Source of the DNA: a virus
Taxonomy: Duplodnaviria > Caudoviricetes
DNA: 64,000 nucleotides
Reading direction: 5' to 3' (one strand)
Virus record (IMG/VR): IMGVR_UViG_3300022552_000005
Location: 1-64,000 of that record
A program made the translations under genes and the position numbers. A model generated the notes under the pieces. It searched no databases and was not told the DNA's origin. It saw only the letters and a list, made by a program, of their open reading frames with translations. Shown here one piece after another: positions 19,862 through 30,412 of the stretch (position 1 is its first letter; every line of letters begins with the position of its first letter).

Positions 19862-20626
19862 GTGACAATGCTAATTATAGGCGATAGTCACTTCATCCCC
19901 CTCAAAAATAATAGCGTCCACCTTATTATTACATCGCCCCCATATTGGAATATCAAAGATTACGGCTGTCCCAACCAAATCGGATTCGGACAAACCCTAG
20001 ATGAATACTATCAAAGTTTAAAAACTGTCTGGCAAGAATGTTGGCGGGTACTTCAACCTGGAAGAAAATTGTGCATCAATATTGGCGATCAATTTTGTCG
20101 CGCTAAAACTTTCGGCAAGTATAAAGTCATTCCGCTTCACGCCAATGTAATTATTCAGTGCGAACAGATTGGGCTCGACTATTTAGGGGCGATTATTTGG
20201 CAGAAAAAAACGACCATGAAGACCAGCGGCGGGGCAGTGATTATGGGCTCCTACCCCTATCCGCCGAACGGGATCGTCGAGATTGACTATGAATTTATTT
20301 TAATTTTTAAAAAGCCTGGCAAACCACCGAAAATTGATAAAACTATTAAAGACAAATCCAAACTCACTAAAGAAGAATGGAAAAAACTATTCCGCGGACA
20401 TTGGAATTTCGGCGGGGCAAAACAAAAGGAACATATTGCAATGTTCCCCGAGGAATTGCCGCAGCGATTGATTAAAATGTTCTCGTTTTATGGAGAAACA
20501 ATATTGGATCCTTTTGTCGGTAGTGGAACAACCATTAAAGTCGCCAATGAGCTTGGGCGAAAAGGAGTCGGAATCGAGATTAATAAAGAGTTCATACCAA
20601 TCATTCGCGAGAAAATAGCACAATGA
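19862..20626 (+). CDS. DNA amino-methyltransferase, N6_N4_Mtase family (SPPY, probably N4-cytosine)
   Basis: LIITSPPYWNIKDYG, H.AMFPEELP.RLIKMFS, ILDPFVGSGTT. Confidence 0.9.
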   Translation: MTMLIIGDSHFIPLKNNSVHLIITSPPYWNIKDYGCPNQIGFGQTLDEYYQSLKTVWQECWRVLQPGRKLCINIGDQFCRAKTFGKYKVIPLHANVIIQCEQIGLDYLGAIIWQKKTTMKTSGGAVIMGSYPYPPNGIVEIDYEFILIFKKPGKPPKIDKTIKDKSKLTKEEWKKLFRGHWNFGGAKQKEHIAMFPEELPQRLIKMFSFYGETILDPFVGSGTTIKVANELGRKGVGIEINKEFIPIIREKIAQ

Positions 20627-21471
20627 CATTGTTTCGTTATCCCGGCGGGAAATCTCGCCTCAAGAAACACATTCTGCCAATTCTTAAAAGCTGGGCAAAG
20701 GAATTAAAAAATTTTGTTTATATTGAGCCATTCTTCGGCGGCGGTGCAATCGGACTGGAATTTTTACATCATTGTCCGCGTGCGATTTTAAACGATGTTG
20801 ATTTTAATATCTTTGCCGTTTGGTGGACTGTGAAACATAATCACACAGAATTAATCAATAAAATCGCCAATTACCAGCCGAAAGTAAAAGATTTTTATAA
20901 TTTCCAAAAGTTTCTACTGAATCCGCCCCATGATTATAACAGACTTACTGAAATTGCTTTCAAAAAAATCGCCATTCATCAAATGTCCTACTCCGGTTTG
21001 GGTGAAATGGCTGGTGGTCCAATCGGCGGGAAAAATCAGCGGTCAAAATATCAAATCGACTGTCGCTGGAAGCCGCTTACTTTAATTAAAAAAATTGCTA
21101 AATATCATCGATTATTAAACTCTGCATGCAAACTGGGGGTTTCGATTATTAATTTCGATTTCAAAAAATTAAACTTTAACAATTTGCGCATGAGAATGAT
21201 CGACGAAAATGCAATTATTTATTTGGATCCGCCCTACATTGAAGAGGGAAACGAGTTATATCGGTGTTCGTTTACTATCGATGACCACGAAAAACTATCT
21301 GCAATTTTACGCTCCCTTCCCGCTGAATGTCGATGGCTACTGTCATATAAGTGGCATCCATTACTCAAAGAACTGTACCCTGATTGTGAAATAAAATTCA
21401 TACAACTAACGTCAACAGTGAACAGCAAAAATCCAAAGGTAAACACAGAATGTTTAATCAGCCGCTCGTAA
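20623..21471 (+). CDS. Dam-like DNA adenine methyltransferase (D12 class), second copy
   Basis: FRYPGGKSRL, IEPFFGGGA, LNDVD, IYLDPPY, WLLSY. Confidence 0.9.
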   Translation: MTLFRYPGGKSRLKKHILPILKSWAKELKNFVYIEPFFGGGAIGLEFLHHCPRAILNDVDFNIFAVWWTVKHNHTELINKIANYQPKVKDFYNFQKFLLNPPHDYNRLTEIAFKKIAIHQMSYSGLGEMAGGPIGGKNQRSKYQIDCRWKPLTLIKKIAKYHRLLNSACKLGVSIINFDFKKLNFNNLRMRMIDENAIIYLDPPYIEEGNELYRCSFTIDDHEKLSAILRSLPAECRWLLSYKWHPLLKELYPDCEIKFIQLTSTVNSKNPKVNTECLISRS

Positions 21472-21968
21472 AAATCTTTGGCAAGCGATATGCATTATGC
21501 GAATTCGCAGCACAACGAATGTGGTCTCACAATAAAAACGATAAAAACGAAATACAAAAATACAATCGTGGGCTATTAAACAGCAATAACGATCCTTATC
21601 TAACCGAGCGAACCGGAAGACTTGGTGAAATGGCGGTGTGCTTGTTCCTCAACAACGATAAAATGGATGTCACTTATCGTCCATTCGGTGATCGGGGCGA
21701 CCTTATAATAAGTAAAAGAGTACTCGAAGTTAAAACAGCACGACATAACTACGGCGAGTTATTGGTGCGTCATATCAGCAGCGGCGGAAAGATTGTTCCA
21801 ATCAAAAGCGATCTTTTCATTGCTGCGACCGTTGAATTTGAAAATAAGGTTAAAAAATACGCGATGATTAAGTTGGTTGGTTGGATAGATTTTGAAAATT
21901 TCATCAAAAAAGCAAAATTAAAGCCTGCAAAGCGCGGAAAACACATCAATTTTGGTTATTCGCCATAA
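21450..21968 (+). CDS. Putative PD-(D/E)XK nuclease (restriction-endonuclease-like)
   Basis: GRLGEMAV...GDRGDLIISKRVLEVKT gives an E...D...EVK catalytic arrangement. Confidence 0.55.
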   Translation: MFNQPLVKIFGKRYALCEFAAQRMWSHNKNDKNEIQKYNRGLLNSNNDPYLTERTGRLGEMAVCLFLNNDKMDVTYRPFGDRGDLIISKRVLEVKTARHNYGELLVRHISSGGKIVPIKSDLFIAATVEFENKVKKYAMIKLVGWIDFENFIKKAKLKPAKRGKHINFGYSP

Positions 21969-22209
21969 TGAACTATTTTCAATAGGAGCCCTGCAATCAC
22001 GTTTGTCTGAATCAATTATTAAGAAGAAAAAAGTAAATCAAAACGTTGTCTATTACATTCGTTTACCATATATTTGTTTCACATTGTCAGTAACAAAAAA
22101 TACTGTTATTGATGCCCCACCAGTTGCCAAATGGTCTATTGGAAAAAACGTCAGCAAGGTGATTAAATATTATTTAAATAAAAAAGCGGAAATTTCGATT
22201 ATTAATTAA
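21952..22209 (+). CDS. Small hypothetical protein; start uncertain
   Basis: Last + strand ORF before the terminator. PYICFTLSV...DAPPVAKWSIGK looks like a compact conserved phage domain. Start may be TTG 22003. Confidence 0.55.
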   Translation: MVIRHNELFSIGALQSRLSESIIKKKKVNQNVVYYIRLPYICFTLSVTKNTVIDAPPVAKWSIGKNVSKVIKYYLNKKAEISIIN

Positions 22210-22231
22210 AAAAAGCCTGCCGAAGCGGGCT
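22208..22231 (-). terminator. Intrinsic terminator at the convergence of the two arms
   Basis: AGCCTGC-CGAA-GCGGGCT hairpin (22214-22231) with an A7 run on its left, i.e. a U-tract on the - strand. Confidence 0.75.
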
Positions 22232-22248
22232 CATTATTCTCATCAGCA

Positions 22249-22887
22249 TCATGCGTATTGAAACCGGAAACAGAACGTAAAATCGTCTATCCAACCAACC
22301 GCATTGGCTTTACAACTAATGGCGCACCACCATTTATGCTCGTTTTGGTTGGCTTGATAACCAGTAGAGGGCGAATGATCGACAAAATTGATACCATTAT
22401 AAATTGTATTCATTAACGACCATTCAGTAATATTGCCCAGTCCGGATGGATTAATTTCAAATCCATAAACCGTTACATCTGTTGGATTATCATAAAAACT
22501 ACCATATTTTTGAAATACAAACAATTTGGCATTATAAGTACTAACCTGCAAATCACCCGAGGCGCGGAACCAAATCAATAGGGTTCCCGAGGACGTATGG
22601 AGCTCATCTTGATAGTCGCTAATGTCTTTTCGTCCCCAGCCAGATGTAGCTACCCCTGATTGATCGATATATTTATTATTAACAAGCGCGCCCCATACGT
22701 TTGGATCTCTATGCCCTGAAGCGTCTACTATCCACGTAGAATCATTAAAATGCCCAACAATAATAGCGTCATTAACGCCATTTGGACCGAAAAATCCCAT
22801 ATGGTCATATTGACCTTCGCCCAAATGGCTGATCATTAGCCCAGAATTATGACAGGCATGAAAAGTTATAACACCAGACGTAGCCAT
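22249..22887 (-). CDS. Putative virion protein (SG-rich, weak paralog of the 186/229/230-aa family)
   Basis: Strong SD (GGAGG); 8 SG dipeptides; beta-rich; ends FTFCFRFQYA like the family's C-terminal strand. Confidence 0.6.
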   Translation of the reverse strand: MATSGVITFHACHNSGLMISHLGEGQYDHMGFFGPNGVNDAIIVGHFNDSTWIVDASGHRDPNVWGALVNNKYIDQSGVATSGWGRKDISDYQDELHTSSGTLLIWFRASGDLQVSTYNAKLFVFQKYGSFYDNPTDVTVYGFEINPSGLGNITEWSLMNTIYNGINFVDHSPSTGYQANQNEHKWWCAISCKANAVGWIDDFTFCFRFQYA

Positions 22888-22903
22888 TTTTTCCTCCTTT
22901 ATT

Positions 22904-22914
22904 TAATACGTTTT
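22904..22914 (-). promoter_or_regulatory. Candidate late-promoter motif AAAACGTATTA upstream of 22249..22887
   Basis: Fills the 27-nt gap together with the SD; identical 11-mer to 51480-51490. Confidence 0.4.
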
Positions 22915-24600
22915 TTAATCATAAAATTCTTCCGGGCGGTGAATATTGTCGTCTAAAATTGCCACATAATTAATAGTAGCTACCGGAAAACAGTCTTGAC
23001 AGTTAAGGAAAAATTGCTCTCTAAGATAATTATATTTCTCTAATAGATTCCCCCTGCTGCAAGCATAAGGCGGAAAAATGGTTTGACATGATTTTCTAGT
23101 TACAACGCCCAATGTAATATTAGTTAAAACATTTAAGCCAAAACTCTCTTTATGTAGCATAGCGTCCCATAAATAGCCCCTAAAAGGCAAAGAATTAAAG
23201 CTTAATATGGGGTAACCGCAGGTGGCAGATGACATTCCCCAGTAAGGATGGTCACCAATTGATCCATATGAATGACGTGTTACATACCCATAGAATCCAC
23301 AAGTCCGCGATTGGCTAGTTGGGTCTCCCCCCGCAGTACCACCGCCATCTACAATTAATTCACTAAATTTATGATAGTAAAAATAAGCATCGGGCACCTG
23401 GGGCACATCAATCATTGCTAACTTATAAATATCTACATTAAGTTTGGGATAACCGTAAAATATTTTACTTTTAGCACTGTGTGTTACTGATGGACTACAG
23501 CCCCAATGCTTTCCTTTAATATAGCAACGCTTTCCATAATAATCATCTGGTATGATTAAAGTTACTCCACCATTACTATGAGAAATAACATGATTCATTA
23601 CCCCCCATTTCCCAGATCTTTCAAAGAAAAATGCTTTTCTAATAGGAGACGTAAAATAAGTCTGCGAACATACTTGTGGCAAACCAGCAAAACCATAATT
23701 TGTCCACGTTCGTGAAACATATGGGCGTCCATCCAGTTCGGGATAATGGGGCATAAAATTTTCAACTATTGGTGGCTGAAAACGCAACATTTGAATGACA
23801 AAAGATATTATAAACCACAAAATACGTTTATGATCTGTAATAATATAATTACCATCAGCGTCTTTTCCAGGTAAATATCGACTATCTGGAGATTTGCTAT
23901 AAAAACAAAGCCCCATTAAAGCGACCAACTCATCAAAAGAGAGCGCCCACTGTCCGGCGCGCATACGTTCAAACAATGGCAATTCTTGTAATTTTTTCTT
24001 AGCGGTTGCAAAAGCATCAACCAAAATCTGCCGCGCAGGATGTGATGGAGACGGAATATAATAATTAAATTTATTAAACGTTTTGAACAAAGCTTCACCA
24101 CTAATATTCTCGGGGAAATTATAGAAAGGAATACCATCTAATTTAGGTATTTTGCATGAATCTGGATATTTATTATATAAGCCAGGTGAAACAATACGCC
24201 ATTTTCCATAGTATGGTGCATTAAAACAACGCCCAAAGTGCGCTCTTAATGAATCTGGAGGAACGATTATTTCTTCGATTGCCTGTTTAATTTCCTCTAC
24301 ATAATATGGAAAAGCACCAATAGGAATTTGTCCATTAAGATAGGAATATCCTTTCGTTGGATAGAATTTTCCTTTTATAATACCGCGATCGTCATATAAA
24401 TTAAACTGCCGTTCACTTTTCTTTAACCAAAGTTTGCGATATTGATTAATATACCACATTATTTCCTCTAAATATCTACCATCAATTGGCAAATAAAGGT
24501 AATCTTTTTCCTGGAAATACCAGCCGGTTGATATATTCAATCGCGCAGGCAATAAAAATGGCTGAGGTGGTGAATAATCAAACGCACGATATGGTGGCAT
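22915..24600 (-). CDS. Hypothetical tail-region protein (561 aa)
   Basis: ATG 24600 sits just after the upstream stop with GGAG upstream; Tyr/Pro/Cys-rich; no recognisable family. Confidence 0.6.
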   Translation of the reverse strand: MPPYRAFDYSPPQPFLLPARLNISTGWYFQEKDYLYLPIDGRYLEEIMWYINQYRKLWLKKSERQFNLYDDRGIIKGKFYPTKGYSYLNGQIPIGAFPYYVEEIKQAIEEIIVPPDSLRAHFGRCFNAPYYGKWRIVSPGLYNKYPDSCKIPKLDGIPFYNFPENISGEALFKTFNKFNYYIPSPSHPARQILVDAFATAKKKLQELPLFERMRAGQWALSFDELVALMGLCFYSKSPDSRYLPGKDADGNYIITDHKRILWFIISFVIQMLRFQPPIVENFMPHYPELDGRPYVSRTWTNYGFAGLPQVCSQTYFTSPIRKAFFFERSGKWGVMNHVISHSNGGVTLIIPDDYYGKRCYIKGKHWGCSPSVTHSAKSKIFYGYPKLNVDIYKLAMIDVPQVPDAYFYYHKFSELIVDGGGTAGGDPTSQSRTCGFYGYVTRHSYGSIGDHPYWGMSSATCGYPILSFNSLPFRGYLWDAMLHKESFGLNVLTNITLGVVTRKSCQTIFPPYACSRGNLLEKYNYLREQFFLNCQDCFPVATINYVAILDDNIHRPEEFYD

Positions 24601-24602
24601 TT

Positions 24603-27600
24603 TTACATCTCTCCATATGGAGTAAACACTGGTTTCTGTATAATAACAAACCAACGACGCGCACTGCTTTCTGAACTTGACAATCCGGGTACAAGAATCC
24701 CATAGTCACCCTCATAAATCAAATTTGGCGGGCAACCCACAAAGTATAGTTCTTCCTCTTGTGCACTGCCAGTTATTTTTCCGAATTGTACAGTTTCATC
24801 TCCAACAGCAGCTACCAAACCGCCACGTCCAGTAACAGGATTAGGCGGATTAATAACTACAACAGCAACCGCATTAACGGTGGGGGGATTATTAATAAAC
24901 AAATCACCAACGGGTTCACCATCGCTGCGCAAATGTTCGCTGTCCGGTCTTAATGTCCCACGGTCAATTGTCAAAGGCGACCCGCCATCCGCAGCCGTAC
25001 TAGCTGAATTGCTGGTAGTCATAGTATTATGTACAACTTGTACTAAATCGCCAGCTTTATAACTCTGCAAATATACAAAATCATTATTAACAAACGGAAC
25101 TTTATAAAACCTAAAAGGTTCAGCACCAATATGTGAAATTGTTTCAACATCTGCATAATAATAACCATTAGCATTTTTCTGAGGCGCAGTTAATAAACGC
25201 ACAACTTTTGCCTCTTCCAAGCGGACACCACCGGTAAAATAATCAAATGTCGTACCATTTATATCTTCGTGATGAAACATGGCGGGCATACCTCTTCTTA
25301 AGTACCCGTCTACGCACATTGCATACCCGTGATAGCGCATACGAATTCTTGTAGTTTCTTCATTAAATCCAATTAATAAAGTCCGTGGATCACGTTGTTC
25401 ACCCGCCGCAACCCCCATTGATTGATAACCCTCCACATAATGCCATGGCGCGGGCCACTCATTTCCCTGATCATCAACGCCACGGTAAAATTCCATTCTA
25501 ACGTTATTTCCGCCGCCATTCGGATCAGCAACATAAGCATAAGCTATGTCAGTTATTGTTACCATACGCACAAAATTGCGCTGTTCAATTTCCGGACGTT
25601 CTTCTTCCTCTCGTGGACGAGATGATTCAATTGACAAAAATACACGTCTAAACGGTGGTTTTCTTAATTTTGATAGATTCGTAGCTGCAAGTTCAAGATT
25701 CGCCTGTAAATCTGTCAATAATTTTGACAAATTGGCAAAATGTTGTATACGATCTAACCGCGATTTCCAACGACTAAATTCTATCTTATTCAACCTGAGT
25801 ATTTCATAAATCTGCGACTTTGCCGAATAACGTGTAGTAAGCCCAGCCGCCCCTACTGAAACATTAATAGACGTAAATGGATAAACCGGTTCGCTGTTTT
25901 CGTTACTAAAATTGGCAAAAAAATTAATTTCGGGTAATTCGGCGACAGTAACTTCTAAGAACTCGTCTCGATAATCGCTGGCTGTAATCTGTTCGGCTTT
26001 TTGAGTCATATCATCAATGGGTGAAATTGGATTTTGTCTCGTCCATGGAGCATATTTATCATCTATTTCACCGCGGTAATTATACAAACCACTACCTCTA
26101 ATAGTACTCCCATCATCGCCATAACGAATATTATATTGAACTGGAATTAGAAACTGATCAATAAAACCAAGCGGAATAATAGTAATGCGCGGATCATTCA
26201 TATCTTTAGCAGTTAAATAAAGCTGATATCTATCTTCAATGCTACCACTACTTGCTAAATACTGATTATTATTATAGCTAAAAGCTTGTAAAGTTTGTAA
26301 ATTAGCCAACATAGGATGCAATTCCACACCAGACACAACAATTTCGGGCAATGAAACAAAAATGCGCGTATCCTCAATTCCAGGAAAAACAGAACGATTA
26401 TTAGTGGGAGAATATAACATCACATCTACTGGCAAATAAATAAAATCATTATCTTCATTCCATTCTACATAAGAAGCTGGCGTAGACGTTCCATCGACGC
26501 CAAATCCCTTTACTTGTGAACGCGGAATCTTAACAAAGGCAGAAATGCGCCCATCTTCATAAAATGGCGATAAGACATCATCGATTTGAATATTATCAAC
26601 ATTATCATGTACCCACGCCGCGTCTATAATTGAACAATTGCGTAAAAATTCCTCCGAGGGTTGACAATAGTACAATTTCCCATAATAAGTACGCGCGTGA
26701 CGAGCAACCGCCTCATACCATGCACACAACCAATTACATGCCTCGGCGCGGCGATTATGTATTACGCGATAAACATCGTCTCTTCCACCACCAAATGAAA
26801 TAGCAGCATCCAAAGTGCTCCCCGTTAAACCATAAGCATCAGGGTCCAATCGCGATTCCATCCAACCGCGCGGCAAATCATCACCTTTAGATAATAATTC
26901 CTGTCGTTTATAGTAAACCCAATGCTCGATAGACTTAAGCGCCATTTTTAATTCATCATCGGTCGGATAGTATTTCTGTAATTTACCGTTATGATCATGA
27001 TAAACAATTTGGATATCATTCCAGGCGGGTAATAGACGAGCCGCTCCTAAATCGACCAGATTATGATATTGACAAAAGGGAATAGTTCCTACACTACCCT
27101 CTTTTTTAGCTCCAAGAACTATATATTTTCCAGGACGATCGGTATAATCATACCCTTGACGCCAATTAATCTTATATTTATCCTGGAAGAATGTTTTATC
27201 AATACTAATGGGTTTACTACGGTCAACCAGTTTAATTTCGCCATCATAATAATAAACATCAAATCCGCAATCATCAAAAATTTGCAACAAAGCATCAAAC
27301 AAAGGGGTTAAATTAAAACTCCATCGATAAGCCTCCAAGTTGCCCAATTTATTGATAATAATCCCGGGACTGGGGAGCTTAACAATGCCCCAATTCATTA
27401 CCGCTGTATAAATTTCACCATAAGTAGCACCATAATTAGCCATTAACCACAAGGGGGAATTAACTGTATAAAGATCTCCGCCAGTATTAAGCTCTTTCGG
27501 AACAACAATAACATTTTCTAAATTGCTTTTTAATAATGGTTCGGTATGAATCAGATATTTATTTAAATCAATTTTCCGCCCATCTTCACAGCGAACGCGG

Positions 27601-27908
27601 GTAACATATCCATTTGCAGAAATATCTGTATCAACGTGAGTTACATACCCTTTAAAATACATCGCACCAACTTTAATAGCGCACGGCTGATTAATCGAAT
27701 CAATTTTTACAGGAATCTTATCGGGTGCAACAAGTTCTAATTCCAGGCTATGGGGAGTACTATTAAAACCAAAATTAGCATTAATGCTAGCAATCCACAC
27801 TTGTCCAAAACTGTCAGGAAGTCCAAGATTAACATCGACTTTGCTACTATCATTAAAATATAACGGCTCGCCGATACCTGAAACATAAATATATGGACTA
27901 TCGATCAT
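24603..27908 (-). CDS. Putative tail-tip / baseplate hub protein (1101 aa)
   Basis: N-terminal IASINANFGFNSTPHSLELELV...FKGYVTH...VRCEDGR resembles hub/Tal-type beta-barrel starts; lies in the distal tail module. Function inferred. Confidence 0.5.
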   Translation of the reverse strand: MIDSPYIYVSGIGEPLYFNDSSKVDVNLGLPDSFGQVWIASINANFGFNSTPHSLELELVAPDKIPVKIDSINQPCAIKVGAMYFKGYVTHVDTDISANGYVTRVRCEDGRKIDLNKYLIHTEPLLKSNLENVIVVPKELNTGGDLYTVNSPLWLMANYGATYGEIYTAVMNWGIVKLPSPGIIINKLGNLEAYRWSFNLTPLFDALLQIFDDCGFDVYYYDGEIKLVDRSKPISIDKTFFQDKYKINWRQGYDYTDRPGKYIVLGAKKEGSVGTIPFCQYHNLVDLGAARLLPAWNDIQIVYHDHNGKLQKYYPTDDELKMALKSIEHWVYYKRQELLSKGDDLPRGWMESRLDPDAYGLTGSTLDAAISFGGGRDDVYRVIHNRRAEACNWLCAWYEAVARHARTYYGKLYYCQPSEEFLRNCSIIDAAWVHDNVDNIQIDDVLSPFYEDGRISAFVKIPRSQVKGFGVDGTSTPASYVEWNEDNDFIYLPVDVMLYSPTNNRSVFPGIEDTRIFVSLPEIVVSGVELHPMLANLQTLQAFSYNNNQYLASSGSIEDRYQLYLTAKDMNDPRITIIPLGFIDQFLIPVQYNIRYGDDGSTIRGSGLYNYRGEIDDKYAPWTRQNPISPIDDMTQKAEQITASDYRDEFLEVTVAELPEINFFANFSNENSEPVYPFTSINVSVGAAGLTTRYSAKSQIYEILRLNKIEFSRWKSRLDRIQHFANLSKLLTDLQANLELAATNLSKLRKPPFRRVFLSIESSRPREEEERPEIEQRNFVRMVTITDIAYAYVADPNGGGNNVRMEFYRGVDDQGNEWPAPWHYVEGYQSMGVAAGEQRDPRTLLIGFNEETTRIRMRYHGYAMCVDGYLRRGMPAMFHHEDINGTTFDYFTGGVRLEEAKVVRLLTAPQKNANGYYYADVETISHIGAEPFRFYKVPFVNNDFVYLQSYKAGDLVQVVHNTMTTSNSASTAADGGSPLTIDRGTLRPDSEHLRSDGEPVGDLFINNPPTVNAVAVVVINPPNPVTGRGGLVAAVGDETVQFGKITGSAQEEELYFVGCPPNLIYEGDYGILVPGLSSSESSARRWFVIIQKPVFTPYGEM

Positions 27909-27916
27909 GATGCCCC

Positions 27917-30412
27917 CTATTTATTGTAACCTATTCTCAATGTATCTATCACCGGAATTTTTCGCGCATCCTCTATCCTTACATACGGAATATAATCACC
28001 TGGCAAAACATATTGTGCGACCAAATTTAACGAATTATTATATTGTGTAACACCATTCCCAAAATCCCAATATAATGTATAAGGATAATTAATTCCAGAC
28101 AATGAAACACTAAAGTCAACTAACAATGAGGGCGGGACCAAGCCCTCACGTGGAATTCCAGACAAATTAATATATGGATAATCAGTATATCCAGACGGTA
28201 ACAAGTTGACTTTTTGAGAATCTGAACCACGTCGCCCGTATTTGTCATATCCAATTACAATTGGACAATAAATTCCGCTACTACTATAATAATGTTGTAA
28301 CTGCCATATATTATCAGTAGTTACAAATGAATCAGAATCGCCGTCTGACCATACAAAATCAACTCGCCGAATACCACTGCTAATTGCTTGATTATTAACG
28401 TCGAAAGCATATCCAGAAGCTGTAACGGTAACGTGCAAACCACTAACAACTATATCAATTATTTTAATATATGGGTTTTTCCTTATGCGATCGATCACAA
28501 TGTGTGAATCAAATTCGTCGTTTGTAACGATATTAGCGAGAAGCGTTGCATCAAAATCATTATTATTAATGGCGTAGAAATTAAATTCAGCATCACTATA
28601 AAATTCTTGCTGATATGCAAAATCGGAATTTGCCTTTATTAATGTTCGATCTAAACATTCAACAATAGAATTGTCATAATCATACCACGTTGCAACAGTA
28701 AAACCACCAAAGTTAATATTGTAAATCCCACTTACAGACGGCAAATAACCACCACATTCGGTTGTTCTCAAAATTGTATCAAGCGCGTTAAGATACCCAC
28801 CCAAAAAAGTATCGCTTATATCACCGGCAACATAAACACCACCATCATAGAAGAATAAATGCTCATCTCCCCACGACCAATAAGCGCCACCAAATCGTCC
28901 CTCTTCTGTTCCCCGAAAAGAGAATGTAAAACCACCAAATAAAGTTTCTAGCGTCGAAAGAGAGATTATGTATCCACCAAAATCAGCTCTTTCATACTCT
29001 TTTTCTCCAAGATACAAACCACCAAACAAACCACTATCCCATGGACGCCCCATAGCACTCAAACAAACGCCACCATAGTAATTGTTATAATATGGCAGTT
29101 CGCCATAATAAGTAACCTCCGGTCCGACATGCAAAATATATTCTGTATCAACCCAATCGGGCGGAACATCATAATCCATTACCCCAGAGGCAAATTCAGG
29201 ATAAACGGAAAAGCGAGCTTGTTCCATATAACCTTTATAAATATAAGAACTATTATTCAATCCACCAAGCAAAGTTAACCCCAATTCATCGCCATAAAGC
29301 GCAGTTGCGATTCCCTGTGTGCCCGTTACTACTGGTTGACCATTAATATAAAGAGTAAATTTCGAACCATCTGATAAATTAGTCCGGTAAGCAAATCTGA
29401 TATGAGTCCAGGCATCTTTTTTGAGCTCATTGAGTTTCCTAACATACAAATAGCTCGAATAATTATAATAATAATATCCATACAAATCATCATAAGAACA
29501 ATACAATCTTAGCAAATAAGAAGAATTATTATCACGATATCGCGTAAAAATATACTTTGTGCCACCGTAATCAGGTTTTAACCAACAATCAAAAGCAAAA
29601 CTTCCGCTAGGATGCGTTATATTATTGGTGTAATCAATTCTCAACGAACCATTATAAATACCACTAAAATAAACACAACGATCTAGACGCCCTGGATGTC
29701 CTTTACTAATTGCCCCATCAACATTGGCAATACCACTAGTAAACCCTGTCGAATCTTCAAAAGATGAATAATCACCTATAGAGGGATCATCGTTCAGCCT
29801 GTAAAGAAATTTATCGCGAAAACCGCTTTCAGTTGGTCGTCCGAATGGTTGCTCCCATGTAATCGTAGGTGAATAAGGGGCTTGAGGGAAATTATAATTC
29901 TTATAAGGCGGAGGTAACTGCTCTATATTTCCGCTAGGATTACCATAATAAACGTAATATTTCCAATCATAATCAGTTAAATAAACTCCAGAAGGGATAT
30001 AATTTTGCGCGGGAAAATAGATTTTTTGAGGGGAACAACCAGAGGCTATATAATATGGAACATTAATATGATAGCTTCCACTTGTAAAAATAATGCGCAG
30101 ATCTTGATAATCAGCACGTAATTTCTCTTCAGAGACAAGCGAATCTAAGTCAAGTTCAATATGCAAAAAATGAATTCCTGACTCATATGGTCCTCCTGAG
30201 GGAACAACGTTGGCTATATGTCGTCTGTAAGCCCAGCGCGAATCCCACCAATTGTCTGTCGATGTATCAGGTGGATGAAGATATAAATAATATGGTGTGA
30301 ATGTTCCGGCGCTATCTGATGATAAATATAAATAAATTAAAGAAGAATCCCCGACAAACGTGGGAATCTGAAAATAAACATTTGTAGTATTAGAATGAAC
30401 ACCACTGGACAT
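27917..30412 (-). CDS. Tail fibre-like protein: DUF2341-like + LamG-like + FGG repeats + two PKD-like domains
   Basis: WW..RW.YRR and DYQDLRII; FDCWLKP...WTHIRFAY...LYING (LamG); nine xxGG repeats; FVWSDG, HYYSSSGIY, WDFGNG, LPGDY (PKD). Confidence 0.65.
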   Translation of the reverse strand: MSSGVHSNTTNVYFQIPTFVGDSSLIYLYLSSDSAGTFTPYYLYLHPPDTSTDNWWDSRWAYRRHIANVVPSGGPYESGIHFLHIELDLDSLVSEEKLRADYQDLRIIFTSGSYHINVPYYIASGCSPQKIYFPAQNYIPSGVYLTDYDWKYYVYYGNPSGNIEQLPPPYKNYNFPQAPYSPTITWEQPFGRPTESGFRDKFLYRLNDDPSIGDYSSFEDSTGFTSGIANVDGAISKGHPGRLDRCVYFSGIYNGSLRIDYTNNITHPSGSFAFDCWLKPDYGGTKYIFTRYRDNNSSYLLRLYCSYDDLYGYYYYNYSSYLYVRKLNELKKDAWTHIRFAYRTNLSDGSKFTLYINGQPVVTGTQGIATALYGDELGLTLLGGLNNSSYIYKGYMEQARFSVYPEFASGVMDYDVPPDWVDTEYILHVGPEVTYYGELPYYNNYYGGVCLSAMGRPWDSGLFGGLYLGEKEYERADFGGYIISLSTLETLFGGFTFSFRGTEEGRFGGAYWSWGDEHLFFYDGGVYVAGDISDTFLGGYLNALDTILRTTECGGYLPSVSGIYNINFGGFTVATWYDYDNSIVECLDRTLIKANSDFAYQQEFYSDAEFNFYAINNNDFDATLLANIVTNDEFDSHIVIDRIRKNPYIKIIDIVVSGLHVTVTASGYAFDVNNQAISSGIRRVDFVWSDGDSDSFVTTDNIWQLQHYYSSSGIYCPIVIGYDKYGRRGSDSQKVNLLPSGYTDYPYINLSGIPREGLVPPSLLVDFSVSLSGINYPYTLYWDFGNGVTQYNNSLNLVAQYVLPGDYIPYVRIEDARKIPVIDTLRIGYNK
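28691..29080 (-). repeat. Nine imperfect ~15-aa (F/Y/L)GG repeats
   Basis: YYGG, LFGG, DFGG, LFGG, RFGG, YDGG, FLGG, ECGG, NFGG spaced 14-17 aa. Confidence 0.8.

Noticed and set aside
22915-24600. Cys enrichment as a sign of disulfide-locked or thermophilic virions
   Set aside because: About 12 Cys in 561 aa is only modestly high, and Arg codon usage (many CGN) does not support a thermophile claim.
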